A DNA stretch of 26,307 bases from Perkinsela sp. CCAP 1560/9 (lineage: Eukaryota > Protista > Euglenozoa: Kinetoplastea): NCBI GenBank assembly GCA_965644495.1, contig CBFFSA010000075.1, forward strand, positions 1-26,307, given 5' to 3'. Below are positions 1 through 11,999 of the stretch, piece by piece (position 1 is the stretch's first letter; each line of letters begins with the position of its first letter). The notes under the pieces are model-generated. The model ran no database searches. It saw only the letters and a list, made by a program, of their open reading frames with translations, and was not told where the DNA came from. The translations under genes were made by a program, and so were the position numbers.

Positions 1-3000
1 AGGGGAGGGGGTGGGTGAAGAACATAACTCTCAGGAATGGCGGAGGCGGGAGGAGGAGGTTGGTGAGAGAATTGATATGTCGCGTAATTTTGGGGGATTG
101 GTAATCTCTGAGAAAGGGCAGGAGGATTTGGGGGATTGATGGGGGCGACTGTTGTTGGTGTTTTAAAACCAGAAAGCTTGAGTTGTTGGTACTCGTTTTC
201 GCTCTCCTTGATTTCAGCTTCCGTTAACTGGGAGGTATCATCTTCTTCAAGAAGACTATCAAATTCAATGATTGTCTGAATCTGACTTTCTGCCTTCTCA
301 ATCGCCTCTTTGGTGACATTGTCCACCCGATCAGATGACTTGACTTTCTGAATAGCATTTGGATCTTGCGAAAGAGGCTTGAAGATAAAGAATTGAGCGA
401 CATGATCACGACTCATCACGTCAACGATATTTTTCCTCTCAACAACTCGAGAAAAGAGACCTTGTTTCGCCACTTGACGTGAAAAAATAACATCTTCAAC
501 TGTTCCTTGAGCAATCAGGCGATAAGCAACTACTGGGCGGGTCTGACCGAATCGGTAGGATCGAAAGAGAGCTTGAGTATCATGGCAAGGGTTAAAACAA
601 GCGTCATAAATAATAACACGAGAGGCGGCTTGCAAATTAATCCCAAGGCTTCCAGCTTTGGTTGAGAGGAGAAATAAATGCACAGAGGATTTCCGGTTAA
701 AAGCGGTAATCATACGGTGACGTTCTCCAGCATGAGTAGAACCATCAAGACGGAAATAATCTCTTTCTCGTCTCCATTTCTTCTTCCCGCCCCTGGGGAC
801 ATCACGATTTCCCAATAACTCTTCAAGACAATTCAAGGTCGCAATGCTCTTTGTAAACAGCAAAACCTTTTCTCGATTCAAAATTGCGTTCTCCAAGATT
901 TCAAAGAAAACAGTCGTCTTCCCTGAATTTGCGACGGATCCTTCAGTGTACTCTTTCCCAAAGAGACTCAAAAATATGGAGAATTCCCCCGATTGGACGC
1001 CATGAGCACTCGGAGGGGGACCAAGGAGTGCTGTGCTAGGGATGGTTGTTTCAACTTCGTCACCACTTTCTTCAACAGTATCGACACTTGTTTTTTCTCC
1101 AGAACAAATTTTATGCATAATATCCGGATGATTCACAACCACAAGTGATTGAGTTGATAAAGAGAAAAAGTCACCACCACGAGAAGCACGATTTTTGGTC
1201 AACAAACATTCATACAAAGCTTGTTGTAACTTCGTTAAGGAAACTTTAAAAACATATTCTGTAAGAGAGGGAAGAGCTCGTCGTAAAAGCGAATAATCTC
1301 TCCTATGAACAAAAGATTCGACTTCAGTTGTCAAAACATGTAATCTTTTCAACATTAATTTCTTGTCAGCCTCACTGGAATCAGCATAGCTCCCATTTTT
1401 GATTGGCTGGATAAACGCGTTCGAGAAATCAGAGAAGGATCCAAGGTAACTTGGCTTAATAAAATCGGTCATGACCCAATACTCCTCTAAATTATTTTGA
1501 AGTGGGTATCCGGTGAGAATAATTCGTCTCTGTGTTCGGATTTGTTTCACAAGAGAAGAGATTGCGGTTGTTCGACTCTTGATTCGATGCCCTTCATCTG
1601 CAATCACAACATCTGGACCAGGATTGACGAGTGCTTCTAAAACCATACGAGCATCCTTGGTGGTTGTATTTTGTTGTTGTTGTTGGGCTTTCCTTACTAG
1701 AGATCGAAATCCCTCATATCCAAGAACCAACACACCACCAACCCTCCGCCATCTTCCCAAACGATTTGCACGCTTCTTGAAATCCGTTGCTCCTTTCATG
1801 AGCTCAAAGACAAAAAAATCTTCGTAACATCGACCATAATCAGGATCATACCAGGGATCATTTAAATCAGAAGATTCTTCATTTTCCAAATCCTCTTCTG
1901 GAAGCCATTTGCTGAACTCAGATAACCAATTTCGAATGCAGTTCATTGGGGAGAACACCAATATACAAGGGATAACCCGTTCACCGATTTTTTTCTTGCC
2001 CTTCTCTTGTTTCTGTTGTTGTTGTTGTTGTTGATATTTATCGCCTCGATCTTGGAGCCTCATGGTTCTCCGTTTCCGAAAAAAATGAATAAATGTATGA
2101 ATAAACGAAATTGTTGTCAAGGTTTTCCCCAAACCCATCGAGTGAGCCAGGATACAACCTCCGCCAAGATCGGTCTCAAATGGGTCACCAACGTCACCAC
2201 TTCCTTTAGTTGATTCAGTCCCCTCCTCCTTCTTTTTCATCAGAGCCACTGTCATCGGTTTTGAAACGGCACATTTCCACAAGAATTTCAACCCCTCAAT
2301 TTGATGAGCCTTCATCAAACCAGCAAAATGAGGATGAGAGATCACAGAATGGTTCTCATACTGAGCTACCAGTATTCCCTCTCTTTCATCGTCCCCATAA
2401 CTCGAATCGTAGCCGCCGAAGCTCGAATCAGACTCAAAATCAGATTCGAAATCAGATTCAGAGTTTCTTTCAGAGAGCGAGTCATCACTTACTACTACCT
2501 CCTGAACAGAAGCACCAAATCGATCTTTTCCCTCATTTTGTTCTTCTTCTTCTTCAAAAATCTTCCTTCCCTTCCTTTTCTTTTTCTGCCTCTCCTCTTC
2601 AATTTCATCTTCGTCAGAGGAGGAGAGTGGTCTGAAAGGAAGAGGAGAGAGCAATTTCGGTTCTGGTGATGATGATGATTCCTCTTCTTTTTGAAAAGAA
2701 GAGGACTCCTCGAAGGGGACAACATCAATATCGTCCTCATCAGAATAGTCCTCAGAGTATCTTGTACTTGTTTCGTCATTCATTGGTTGTGGGTGAGAAG
2801 AAGGGAAGTCTTGGTTTTCGGTTTTGTTCTGTTTTGGTGATTCCCGCTGGAACCCCTCTTCAATTTCATTTAACTTCGCAAGAGCTTCTAATTCAAGACG
2901 ACGAGCTTCTAAAGTCTGGGAAGTTAACTCATCCAACTCAACGATTTTACGGATATTCCGTCGTCCAGCAGGCTTCTTGGTCTTTTTCTTCTTTTTCTTT

Positions 3001-3427
3001 GAACCTTCTTTTCTCTTCTTCTTCTTCTTTTTACTCCTTTCATCGTATTCTTCTTCTTCTTCACTTTCAACCTCTTCTTCACTTCCAACATCTTCTTTTG
3101 AAGACTTTTTTCTTCTTTTTCTTTTCTTACCCATCTTAATATGCGAAGATAGCTTTTTCCTCTTTCCAGAACCAGAATGTAAAGGGAAATCTGTTCTTCA
3201 ATGGATTAGAGAAAAAAATTGAAAAAAAAGTATATTCTCAAAATTGTACTTGATGTTCGAAAGAAACACCCAGAAATCTCATCTTCATCAAATTCGAGAA
3301 TGGGAATTAATCCCCCCTCATCTTTCCGAATCAGCAAAGGAGGGGTGGAGGGGGGGTCGGAAACAAGCTCTACCCGTTTTTTCTTTCTTTTTCGAGGTCT
3401 ATCTTCTTGTGATGGTGCCTTCTTCAT
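1..3427 (-). CDS. ATRX/ARIP4(RAD54L2)-like SNF2 family ATPase, 3'-partial; model complement(join(<1..3190,3268..3427))
   Basis: Manual minus-strand translation of a frame that runs off the window, so it is absent from the ORF track. It contains GRRNIRKIVELDELTSQT (ATRX/ARIP4 pre-ATPase motif), KAHQIEGLKFLW, motif I GCILAHSMGLGKT, motif II PGPDVVIADEGHRIK, RRIILTGYPLQNNLEEYW, YFRLDGST, LLSTKAGSLGINL and DACFNPCHDTQALFRSYRFGQ. Exon 1 and the 77-nt intron 3191-3267 (GTTTCT..CAG) are inferred from frame compatibility. Confidence 0.92.
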
Positions 3428-3783
3428 TTGAAGTGTTGTTGGGCACCGGGTTTGTCACTTTGTCAGGAAGACAAAAAGCGAGTGGGCAAAATATTCGAAT
3501 TTTGCCGAACGTTTCGAAAAAAAAGTTGAAAGGAAAAAAAAAGGGGTGTCCTTAATGGGGACCGTTCAGAAAAACGAAACGAAATTTTTGAGGGCGACTT
3601 GCCTTAAAAAAAACTAAATTACTATCCGTTTTTTTAGGGTCATTGCATGATGGGTGTGGAGGGATGGGAACATTTCTTTCTGTTTTATTTCAATGCCATC
3701 ACTTGTAACTAACAACAAAACATACACAAACATCAAAAAAAAATGTTCAGAAAGGGTCTGTGTGGACCTTCTCTCGACGTTCT

Positions 3784-6700
3784 TCAATGATCTTTCGAAG
3801 AAGAGGAGTTTGAGTCATTTTTTTCGTGATTTTTGTTTCTTTCTCCACTCTTTTCTGTCGTAAGCCATTCACTAAGAGATCTTTCTTTCCTTTTCTTTGT
3901 TGAAAGATTCTTAGTGTCATCTTTCTGACTCACAGAAGAAGAAGAGGAAGACTTGGGGATTTTCAATTTCAATTTTGGTGCCGCAGAACTGCTTGAAGAA
4001 CTGCTCGTTCCCTTTTTCTCCCCCTTTTTGGAGGCAGGTGATTCAGAGGATTTCAAACCGTTCAAAGAAGAGGACGACTTTAGTTTCTTTGGGGCTGTCG
4101 GACTGACAGAAGACTTTTTCAGGCTCTTTTTGTTCTCCGAATCACTCCCCCCTTTTAACTTTTTATCAGAACTCGATTTTTTTTCCCAAGTCTCAAAAAT
4201 GGCAATCAAAGTCTGAGCTCGTTTGGTAAGTTTTGTTCGCAAAACTTTCATTTCAGGGCTGCAATATTCTCTCAAGGGCTCCTCGTCATCTTTTCCTCTT
4301 TTTCGAGGATAGGCCATTAAGAGGCGGTCGCGAGTCGCATCAGAAGAGATTTCTTCCCACTGTTTTTTCAGGCGAGGGAGAAGGACAGGCAATGAGAAAC
4401 CTAATTCTGGGTCTTTCTCAAGATCTTCAATGTTATCGAACCCGTGTTTGTAAAAACTCTTAAGCAAATTCTTGTCGTCTTCAGCGGTCCACCACCAAAC
4501 GATCTAGGAAAGAAAAAGTTTTAAAAGCAACCAGAAGAAAAGCAGAGCAGAGAGGGGGGAAATATTGTTCAAGAAAAAAAAAAGGGGGGGAAGAGAGGAG
4601 GAGGAGGAGGAGGAGGAGGAAGAGGAGGAGAGGAAGGAAGGAGGAACCTTTTCAGTTGCAGAAGGAGCATCACTAAGCCAAGACCATTCTCCATCAGAAA
4701 CTAATTGATGCAAAATATTAAGAAGAGAGATTTTCTGGAGGACTGACGGAGCCACCTTCCCTTTCGTCGTTAGACCTGCTTCTTTCAAGGGATCTGGGAC
4801 ATTCACAGTCACTTCAAGAACTCCACAAACAATATGTTTGTAACTAGCTGCCTCCTTATAATACATCTTCACACACTTTAAGAAATAATCACCAGGACAC
4901 CCAGGGGCAGAGACTTCGAGTGTACGGACTCTCTCTGCAGACCCAATATCTGAATCTTCTTTGATTGTTGGTGGATAAAGTCGAGAAAAAAAAGTTCGGG
5001 TATCACTCACGCGGCCTGAGGAGCCTGATCCATCAGTATAAAAAGGAATTTTTCCCACAATCTCGAAATAAACAGCTTTGTTCTCTTCTTCAAGGCTCTC
5101 CGACATTGTTAACTTGACAGTCATTGGTTCTCCAGGGAAAAAAGTCGGAGGAGAAGATGACGATCGAGAAAAATAAGCCGAGTCATTCAAAACTTCAATT
5201 TTTGCGAGTTTTTTGTGTCCCTTCGGGGCCGGTGGTTCGTTGGGCTGAGGCTCAAATTTCAGTGACTTAAAATCAGCAATCATCTTTTGGTGAACTGCCA
5301 CGTGCTTTCGGATAAGTTGTCCATATTTTCCCAAATTCGATTTGCCAGTTTTGTTCGATGCGGCAGCGTCCAACGCGAAATAAGACATACAAATATGTAA
5401 TTCACGAAATTGATGGAGATTCTTACATCTCTTAATCGAAACGGGAGCACACTCATAAACTCGTTCCTTATCTTCTAATCCAAAACGAAGAAGCATCTGT
5501 CGGACTTTTTTGATGCTTATAACTGACCAAGAAGCTGTATTTGGAGAGGATCCCTTCGAGGAACGTTGTGATGGACCCTTCTTCTGGTCATCCGAGCTTT
5601 CAATATCATCAAAGTCATCATCATCACTCACACCCTTCCTCTTTGCCGCCTTTAACAACTTGGATTTTTTTGGTTTCTCTTTTCCACCACCACCACTCGT
5701 CTTTTGACGTTTGTTAGGAGGAGGTTGAACGGACACTTCATCTTCTTCCTCGAAAGTATCAGACTTTGTCGAAGAGCGAGATCGTTTTCCCAACTGGAGA
5801 GAAGTTGACATGATCATAGCTTTTGTTCGAAGTTTCTCAGAGAAATTAGTGTTCTGATGGATCTTGTCCAAGAAAAAGCAAAGGTCAATTTTAGCTTGAA
5901 GTTCTTCAACCCTGCTTCCTTGTCGAATTTGGACCTTCGTTTCATTGACGATAGTCTCAAGATGTCCCAAAAAAGCTTTTTGTTCTTCGAGTGTATTAAC
6001 TTTTCCCTTTTTTTTAAAATAAAATAAAGAATAAATAAATTTCAGAGAGAGAGAGAAGGAAAAAGAGAAATGAAAATGAAAATGAAAATGAGTAAATTAA
6101 ATTAAACACCTCGTTGAGATCTTGCTTCAATGAGTCCAAAGTTTTGAATTCTGGAAGGACCTTTTCCCAAAAATCTTCTGCATTCAAATCCACCTCACGG
6201 TCTTTTTCTGAAATACAAAAGGAAACTTTGGAGAGAGCATCCCCTTCCTCGCCCTCTTCGTCGTGGACCACAGTGGAAGCCCGCTGAAGAATATCATCAA
6301 TATCCTGCTCTCGTAACATTTGATCTTTCTTTTTTTCTTCTTCATCGTTTTCTTGAAACATATTGTAAGCTCCATAACGCAATAGCTCATCAATTTCTTT
6401 TGCATTCATCCCCCCCATCTTCGAGACTTTCCCTTTGTCACCTCCTCCTCCTCCGTCTTGCGCAAGATCACCCAATACAGCTGTATCCAGAGCCATCTTC
6501 TTGCCAGCAATTTCCAGCATCCTTTGTTCGTAGGTACCTCGTGTAACTAACCGATACACAACCACATTGCTTGTTTGGCCGATTCGGTGCGCTCTTGCCA
6601 TTGCCTTAAAAAAAAAAAATTAAAAAATCTTGTTTGTTAGAGAAAAGTTGTTTGTTACTCCCATATTCATCATCATCATCATCATCATCAAAAAAAAAAC

Positions 6701-9284
6701 CTGGAGATCATTTTGAGGATTCCAATCACTGTCGAATATAATCACTGCAATCAACCCATTAAAAACTTGTTTAATGTTCTTTGTTGAATTCGGAATGCGA
6801 AAAAAAAAAACACAAGAGAAAGGGGAAAAAGTTGAAATCATTTTATCAAAAAACCTGTGTCAGCTCGAGTAAGATTTAATCCAAGACCACCAGCTCGTGT
6901 ACTCAATAAAAAGATGAATTGATTTCCCTTCTGGTTTGTGAAGCGATCAATTGCAGCAACACGCGCTTCTTTTTTGACATTTCCATCCAATCTCTCAAAA
7001 GGGTACTTTCGAAATCGAAGAAAATCTTCTAAAATGTCCAAAACAATTTTCATCTGCCAAAAAAAGCTCATTTAATAAGTTTAATAAAAAAAGTATTTTG
7101 TGGGTGGGGGAGTGATTTAAGTTTTACAGAGAAGAGAAGATTTTTCTCTCTTTTTTTTTTTTCTTTTCAAAAAAAAAAAAAAGCAAATGAAAGAATTGAA
7201 GCAAACACAAAAAAGAAAAAACAGAACAAAAAGAAAAAACAAAACTTGGCTAAATACGAGAACTTGACGCTTTTCTTCACGAAGCTTTGTTAAGAGCTTA
7301 TCCATCACCACTAATTTTGCAGAACTCGAGACAAGAAGCTCACCAATTTGTTCATTGGGTCTCTCAAGTAATAAACGTTCTTCAGCGCCTCGGATTAAAT
7401 AAGGGTGATTACAGCACTTTCTCAACTCCATCATAATATTCGAAAAAGTGGGAGCTTGTGATTTCTTCTTCAAACCCCGTTGTAAAAATTCTCGGTTGCG
7501 ATCTAAGATGGCACGATAGTATTGCTTTTGGATCCCTGTCAATTCTACTTCAACAATTTTTTCCTCTTTTCGAGGAAGAGATTTCTCGACATCCCTTTTC
7601 ATTCGTCTAAGGAGATAAGGTTTGATGACTTGCTTCAACTTGTCCAGTTTCTCGGAAGACAATTGCCCATACTCTTCTAAGAATTGTTCCTGTGAAGGAA
7701 ACTTATCTGAATTCAAAAAATTGAGAATCGTCCATAACTCACGCACATGATTTTGTAATGGGGTTCCAGTTAACACTAATTTCCTCTTGAGACGAAGTTG
7801 GTTCAGTTTCTGAAGCAACTTGGAATCTTGGCTCTTAATTCGGTGACCTTCATCCAAAACTAAATACTCCCAATTAATCAAGGATAAAACCTCTGTTTCC
7901 TGATTAACGAGCTCGTACGTAGTAATAAGCACTTGAAACTTCAACTTATTAGCATGTCGTTCATCTTCGTAATAAAATTCATTATCGATAATGACCTCGC
8001 GGTCTTTGGCTGTTCCATGGAATAACACACAATTCATGGTTGTCCACGATTCAATCTCACGCCGCCACTGCTCAAGGGTAACTAACGGAGCGACAACCAA
8101 GAAGGGGCCCGGAATATTCAATTCTTTCGATAAATAATACAATAACGAGATAGATTGGATGGTCTTTCCAAGCCCCATTTCATCTCCCAAAATAACATTT
8201 CGGTCTCGTGTATAAGAAAACAAGAGCCAGCGAAATCCGAGAGATTGATAGGCTCGGAGTTGCAAAGAAGGGTCGATAAAAACCGGAGGGGATATTCCTT
8301 TTTGATACATGACTGGACGGTTATATCCAAGAGGGCCAGATGGCGGAGTATTCCTTTTCTTGTACTCTTGGATATCTTCTTCAGTTAGAGCGCTATTTTT
8401 TTCCCAAGTTGACTCTCCATAAGGAAGTGACTTCCATTTTACTAAATATTCTTTTGTTGAAGTTTCAGTGGTCTCATCCCAAGCAACACGGCTCGCAATC
8501 ACACGATCAACGATAGTATAATCATCTTCGAAGTATGGAAGAGAACGATTCGGCGGTTTCCTCATTAAATTTCTCATCCTTTGCTTACCCCCAGGAATTT
8601 CCACAATCGTTTCTTCTGGAAGCCACTGTGATAGATTATGAACAAAAAAAAATAAAGATTATTTCTTCTCTGATTTTCTTTTCTTTTTTCTCCCACAGGA
8701 AAAAAATTCATTTTTTTTGAAAAAAGAAATATTTTTGGCTTTCTCCTCCTTTCTTCTTTTTCTACTTTTCTTTCAAAAAAATAACCTGAATTTTAGCATA
8801 CGATTCCCCTTTCCATTTTACAAGCCATTCCGTAACTCCATCTGTTACTCGCCAATCAAAAAGTTTGTCGATTTTTGGCCCCGAGGTCTCAGTTTTCGCT
8901 TTTTTAGAGTCCCATCCAAATTCATCGTCATCATCGTCATCATCACTCTCTTCCTCTTCATCAGTCGAATCAAACTTCAGATTCTTTGCCTTTTTGGTTA
9001 CTTTGGCCCGGCTTTGAACCTTTCGTTTTGATGACGATTTCGGGGGTGCTCTTTTCTTTTGAGGAGTTTCACAAAAGAAATCTTCTTCATCTCCATCATC
9101 ATCAGGATCGCTTTCCTGACTTTCCTCACTATCACCACTGTCTGGTATAGCGTTTGTTTGGCTCATTTTTTTAATTCTTTGTCGAACTGGTTGGTCGTTC
9201 TCATCATCAGATAATTCGAGTGCGCGGTCGCTCCCATCTTAATATGAACAAATAGAAAGGACAAATACACATGAGAGAGAAGAA

Positions 9285-9341
<57 letters not shown>

Positions 9342-9807
9342 GAGAACAAAAAAAAAATAGGAAATAATACAAAAAATATAAAACATAAAATGGTTTAGAG
9401 ATGAACAAGAAGGAACCTGAGTCTTCTTCGTAATTGACTTTTTTTCGATTCGTTCGAAGTGCCCTTCGAGGAAGAAAATCATCAACATCGATTTTTGTAC
9501 TCTTCCTTTGTGATTTCTTGTTCTGTGATGTAATTGTTGGTGCTTGTCGCGATGGTTTGGAAGTCCAATCAACATCATTATCCTCCTCAGATTCAATCTC
9601 TTCATCATCTCCATCTTCTTCAGCCATTCCGTCATCTGATTGGTAGTCTTCGTCGTTATCAGGAGAAGAACTCATAGAAGAATCACCCCCTTGGTCGTCA
9701 ACACCACTATCTTCACCACCACTTTCCATCATGTTGACGTCTCCATTTTGTCTTTCATCAGGGTGATCAGAGAGTTCAGAATCGAGTTGATCACTATCAG
9801 TATCCAT
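3784..9807 (-). CDS. CHD6-9-like chromodomain-helicase-DNA-binding protein, about 1679 aa; complement(join(3784..4503,4648..6006,6110..6604,6701..6744,6855..7053,7246..8625,8786..9237,9417..9807))
   Basis: Tandem chromodomains ([15 protein letters not shown]|WLPEE; [17 protein letters not shown]). SNF2 motifs [58 protein letters not shown]|[14 protein letters not shown]|[11 protein letters not shown]-terminal [19 protein letters not shown]...DPELGF is a CHD6-9-type SLIDE-like motif. Seven GT-AG introns join in phase and the exons sum to 5040 nt. Confidence 0.93.
9288..9339. repeat. (GAAA)13 microsatellite in CHD intron 1
   Basis: Thirteen perfect GAAA units read directly. Confidence 0.95.
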
Positions 9808-10247
9808 GAAGAAAAGAAGTGAGAAAGAAAAAAAAACAAGAAGTGCGAGTGGGTGTGCTGGTGTCACAAAAGGGGAGGTTGGTGAAAAGAAGACGAAGCA
9901 ACTCTCTTTTTTTTTCCGAAGGGCAGGAGGGGAGGGGTGCTCCGTCAAGTGGAGGCCAACGAGATGCGTTGGGTTGCGGTGTAAAATAAACCACAACGGT
10001 GCAACAGATCTGTCTTTTGGCCGAAAAAAAAAAGGACAACCGGGGCTTTTTTGGCAATTGGGGTCAATTTGACCTCTTCCTTCCTGGGAGGGAGGAAGGT
10101 TTCTTGGTCTTTTTTTTTATTGTTTGACAAAGAAGAGAAATTTTTTTCTTTTTCAATGACTTTTTCTTTTTTTTCGATGAAGTGTTTTTTAAAAAAAAAA
10201 AATTGTTTCTTTTTTTTTTTTTTTGGACAAAGTTTCTTGCTCTTCTC

Positions 10248-10724
10248 TCATTCATCAAGGGACACATCTTGATGGTTTCTCCTTTTAAAATACTCTTCAG
10301 TATATTTTTCCATCATTTCGTCAGATAAACTGTGGAGTTTTTCTTCAGTCATCATGAAAAAAAATGAAATTATTTAGGGGATGAAACACAAAACTATTTT
10401 TGAGCACACTCCTCGTAACGCTTCAACTCAGATTTGCACATGAAAACTGTGAGAGTCCTTTTTGCTGTACAATCTGCAAGTGCTTTTTGTTGTCGATAAC
10501 ACTTTTCCCTTGCAATCACTGTTGCTTGATACCTTTTTTTTTGTGTGAAAACCGAGATCGGAGAGGCTTTTCGTTTTAATAGAATACAAAACACAAAAAG
10601 AAACAAAACAAAAAGAACAGAACAAAAAACTTTTCTTTTTTGTCTATAAATAAAGAACAAAAGGGAGGTGAGGACCAAACCTCAGCCCGTCTTCTTCCTT
10701 TGCAGTGAGGTGGCGATTGGCCAT
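10248..10724 (-). CDS. CMC1: Twin CX9C mitochondrial intermembrane-space protein, Cmc1 family (COX assembly), 87 aa; complement(join(10248..10329,10395..10532,10681..10724))
   Basis: Spliced translation MANRHLTAKEEDGLRYQATVIAREKCYRQQKALADCTAKRTLTVFMCKSELKRYEECAQKYLSDEMMEKYTEEYFKRRNHQDVSLDE*. It has two exact CX9C motifs and a Cmc1-like flanking pattern. Both introns are phase 2 and GT-AG. Confidence 0.85.
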
Positions 10725-10982
10725 TTTTTTTCTTCGGGTCCGTTTTTTGGTTTTCAAAACGAAAATTGTCGACAGACGAAAGGTGTCCTTAAAAATTACG
10801 GTTGGTGTCCTTCTAAAAAATGTCAGCGAACATCAGCTGACAAAAATGTCAAAAAAATGGTGGAAGTTTGCACAAAAATGTTTTGTCGACAATTTTTTGG
10901 TTTTGGTTACATCATCTTTTTTATTTTTATTTTTTTAATAATAAAACTTTTTTTTTTGCTGAAAAGTGCCAAGTCGCACCAG

Positions 10983-11843
10983 TTAAGATTGCGGAATGAC
11001 AAGTCTTTGTTGCTCCAATAAAGAAAGAGGATTTAAACTTCTTGGAGAATGCGACGTAGAGAAAGCACTTGCTGCACAATGAATTTGAGAATGGGAAAGA
11101 GGAGAGGAAGAATCTTCTCGAACTGAATTTTCAGGAACAGAAGAGGAAAGGCGAGGGGCTGGAAAAGACGAATTGCCTCCATGAAAAGAAGAAGAAGAAG
11201 ATGAATTCAGCATACTGTTTGGTGTCGTTTGAAGAACACCAGAAGGGGTTACTGATCGGTTCATGGGGAGGGGGGGAACACCACCACCACCCACCATTGG
11301 TGGGGAAGGTGTTGTTGTTCGTTCTTTCGTCATATCATCACTTTCGTCTTGGGAATCTGGAGTTCTGGTTCTTTCAAGAAGATCTCCTTCTCTAGTTCTT
11401 TTTCGAACTTTTGCTCGTTCGTTTTGGAACCAAATTTTTACTTTTCGAGGAGTCCAGTTCAACTGTTGCGCAATTGACATACGAACTTCAAGAGGTGGTA
11501 GAGGGTTGACAATAAAAGCGCGTCTGAGGACAGCAACCTCTTCGCGTGTTGCTCGTTTTCGTTTTTTGTTGAAATCTTGAACACCAAGATCAACGGTGAG
11601 GCCATTCGCAGCACGAAGAGACGAACTTTGATTTTCTGAATCTCCACCACAACGAAGAGCTTTTGAGGTTTGAGAACCTCGTTGTTTCGTTTTATCGAAA
11701 GAAGGCGAAGTGCGAGAGTGGAGGGTGGGTTTATGTCGAAGGCCCAAAAGGCAAGCGACACCTTCCATCATTTCTTGATCATCGTCAGAAGAGAGATGAA
11801 GCAACTGAAACCCAACAGGGTCATGCAAATCATGAACAGGCAT
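10983..11843 (-). CDS. Homeodomain transcription factor (non-TALE), about 286 aa, intronless
   Basis: 60-aa homeodomain at about 11394-11573, KKRKRATREEVAVLRRAF...PRKVKIWFQNERAK, with L16, F20, W48, F49, Q50, N51 and R53. The first in-frame ATG is at 11843; the track start at 11966 is TTG. Confidence 0.88.
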   Translation of the reverse strand: MPVHDLHDPVGFQLLHLSSDDDQEMMEGVACLLGLRHKPTLHSRTSPSFDKTKQRGSQTSKALRCGGDSENQSSSLRAANGLTVDLGVQDFNKKRKRATREEVAVLRRAFIVNPLPPLEVRMSIAQQLNWTPRKVKIWFQNERAKVRKRTREGDLLERTRTPDSQDESDDMTKERTTTPSPPMVGGGGVPPLPMNRSVTPSGVLQTTPNSMLNSSSSSSFHGGNSSFPAPRLSSSVPENSVREDSSSPLSHSQIHCAASAFSTSHSPRSLNPLSLLEQQRLVIPQS

Positions 11844-11991
11844 ATCGTGTGAGTGTTGATTTCTTTTTCTTTTTGTTTTCTCTCTCTTAAGGAAGATAGA
11901 CCGAGCGCGAGAATCACAATCCTCTAGCACCCACGATAAACGGGAGATGAGCCCCAGAAAAGTCAAAGAAAAAAAGAAATAAAACGCAAGC

Positions 11992-11999
11992 TGACGTCA
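11992..11999. promoter_or_regulatory. Perfect CRE palindrome TGACGTCA in the divergent homeobox/RhoGEF-A intergenic region
   Basis: Exact ATF/CREB consensus about 150 bp upstream of the homeobox ATG. GCCACGT and GTGACGCA lie within 65 bp. Function is untested. Confidence 0.35.

Noticed and set aside
224-3555. Many short plus-strand and off-frame ORFs over the ATRX-like gene
   Set aside because: They are antisense or alternate-frame shadows of a low-complexity coding strand. The real frame is missing from the track only because it has no stop inside the window.
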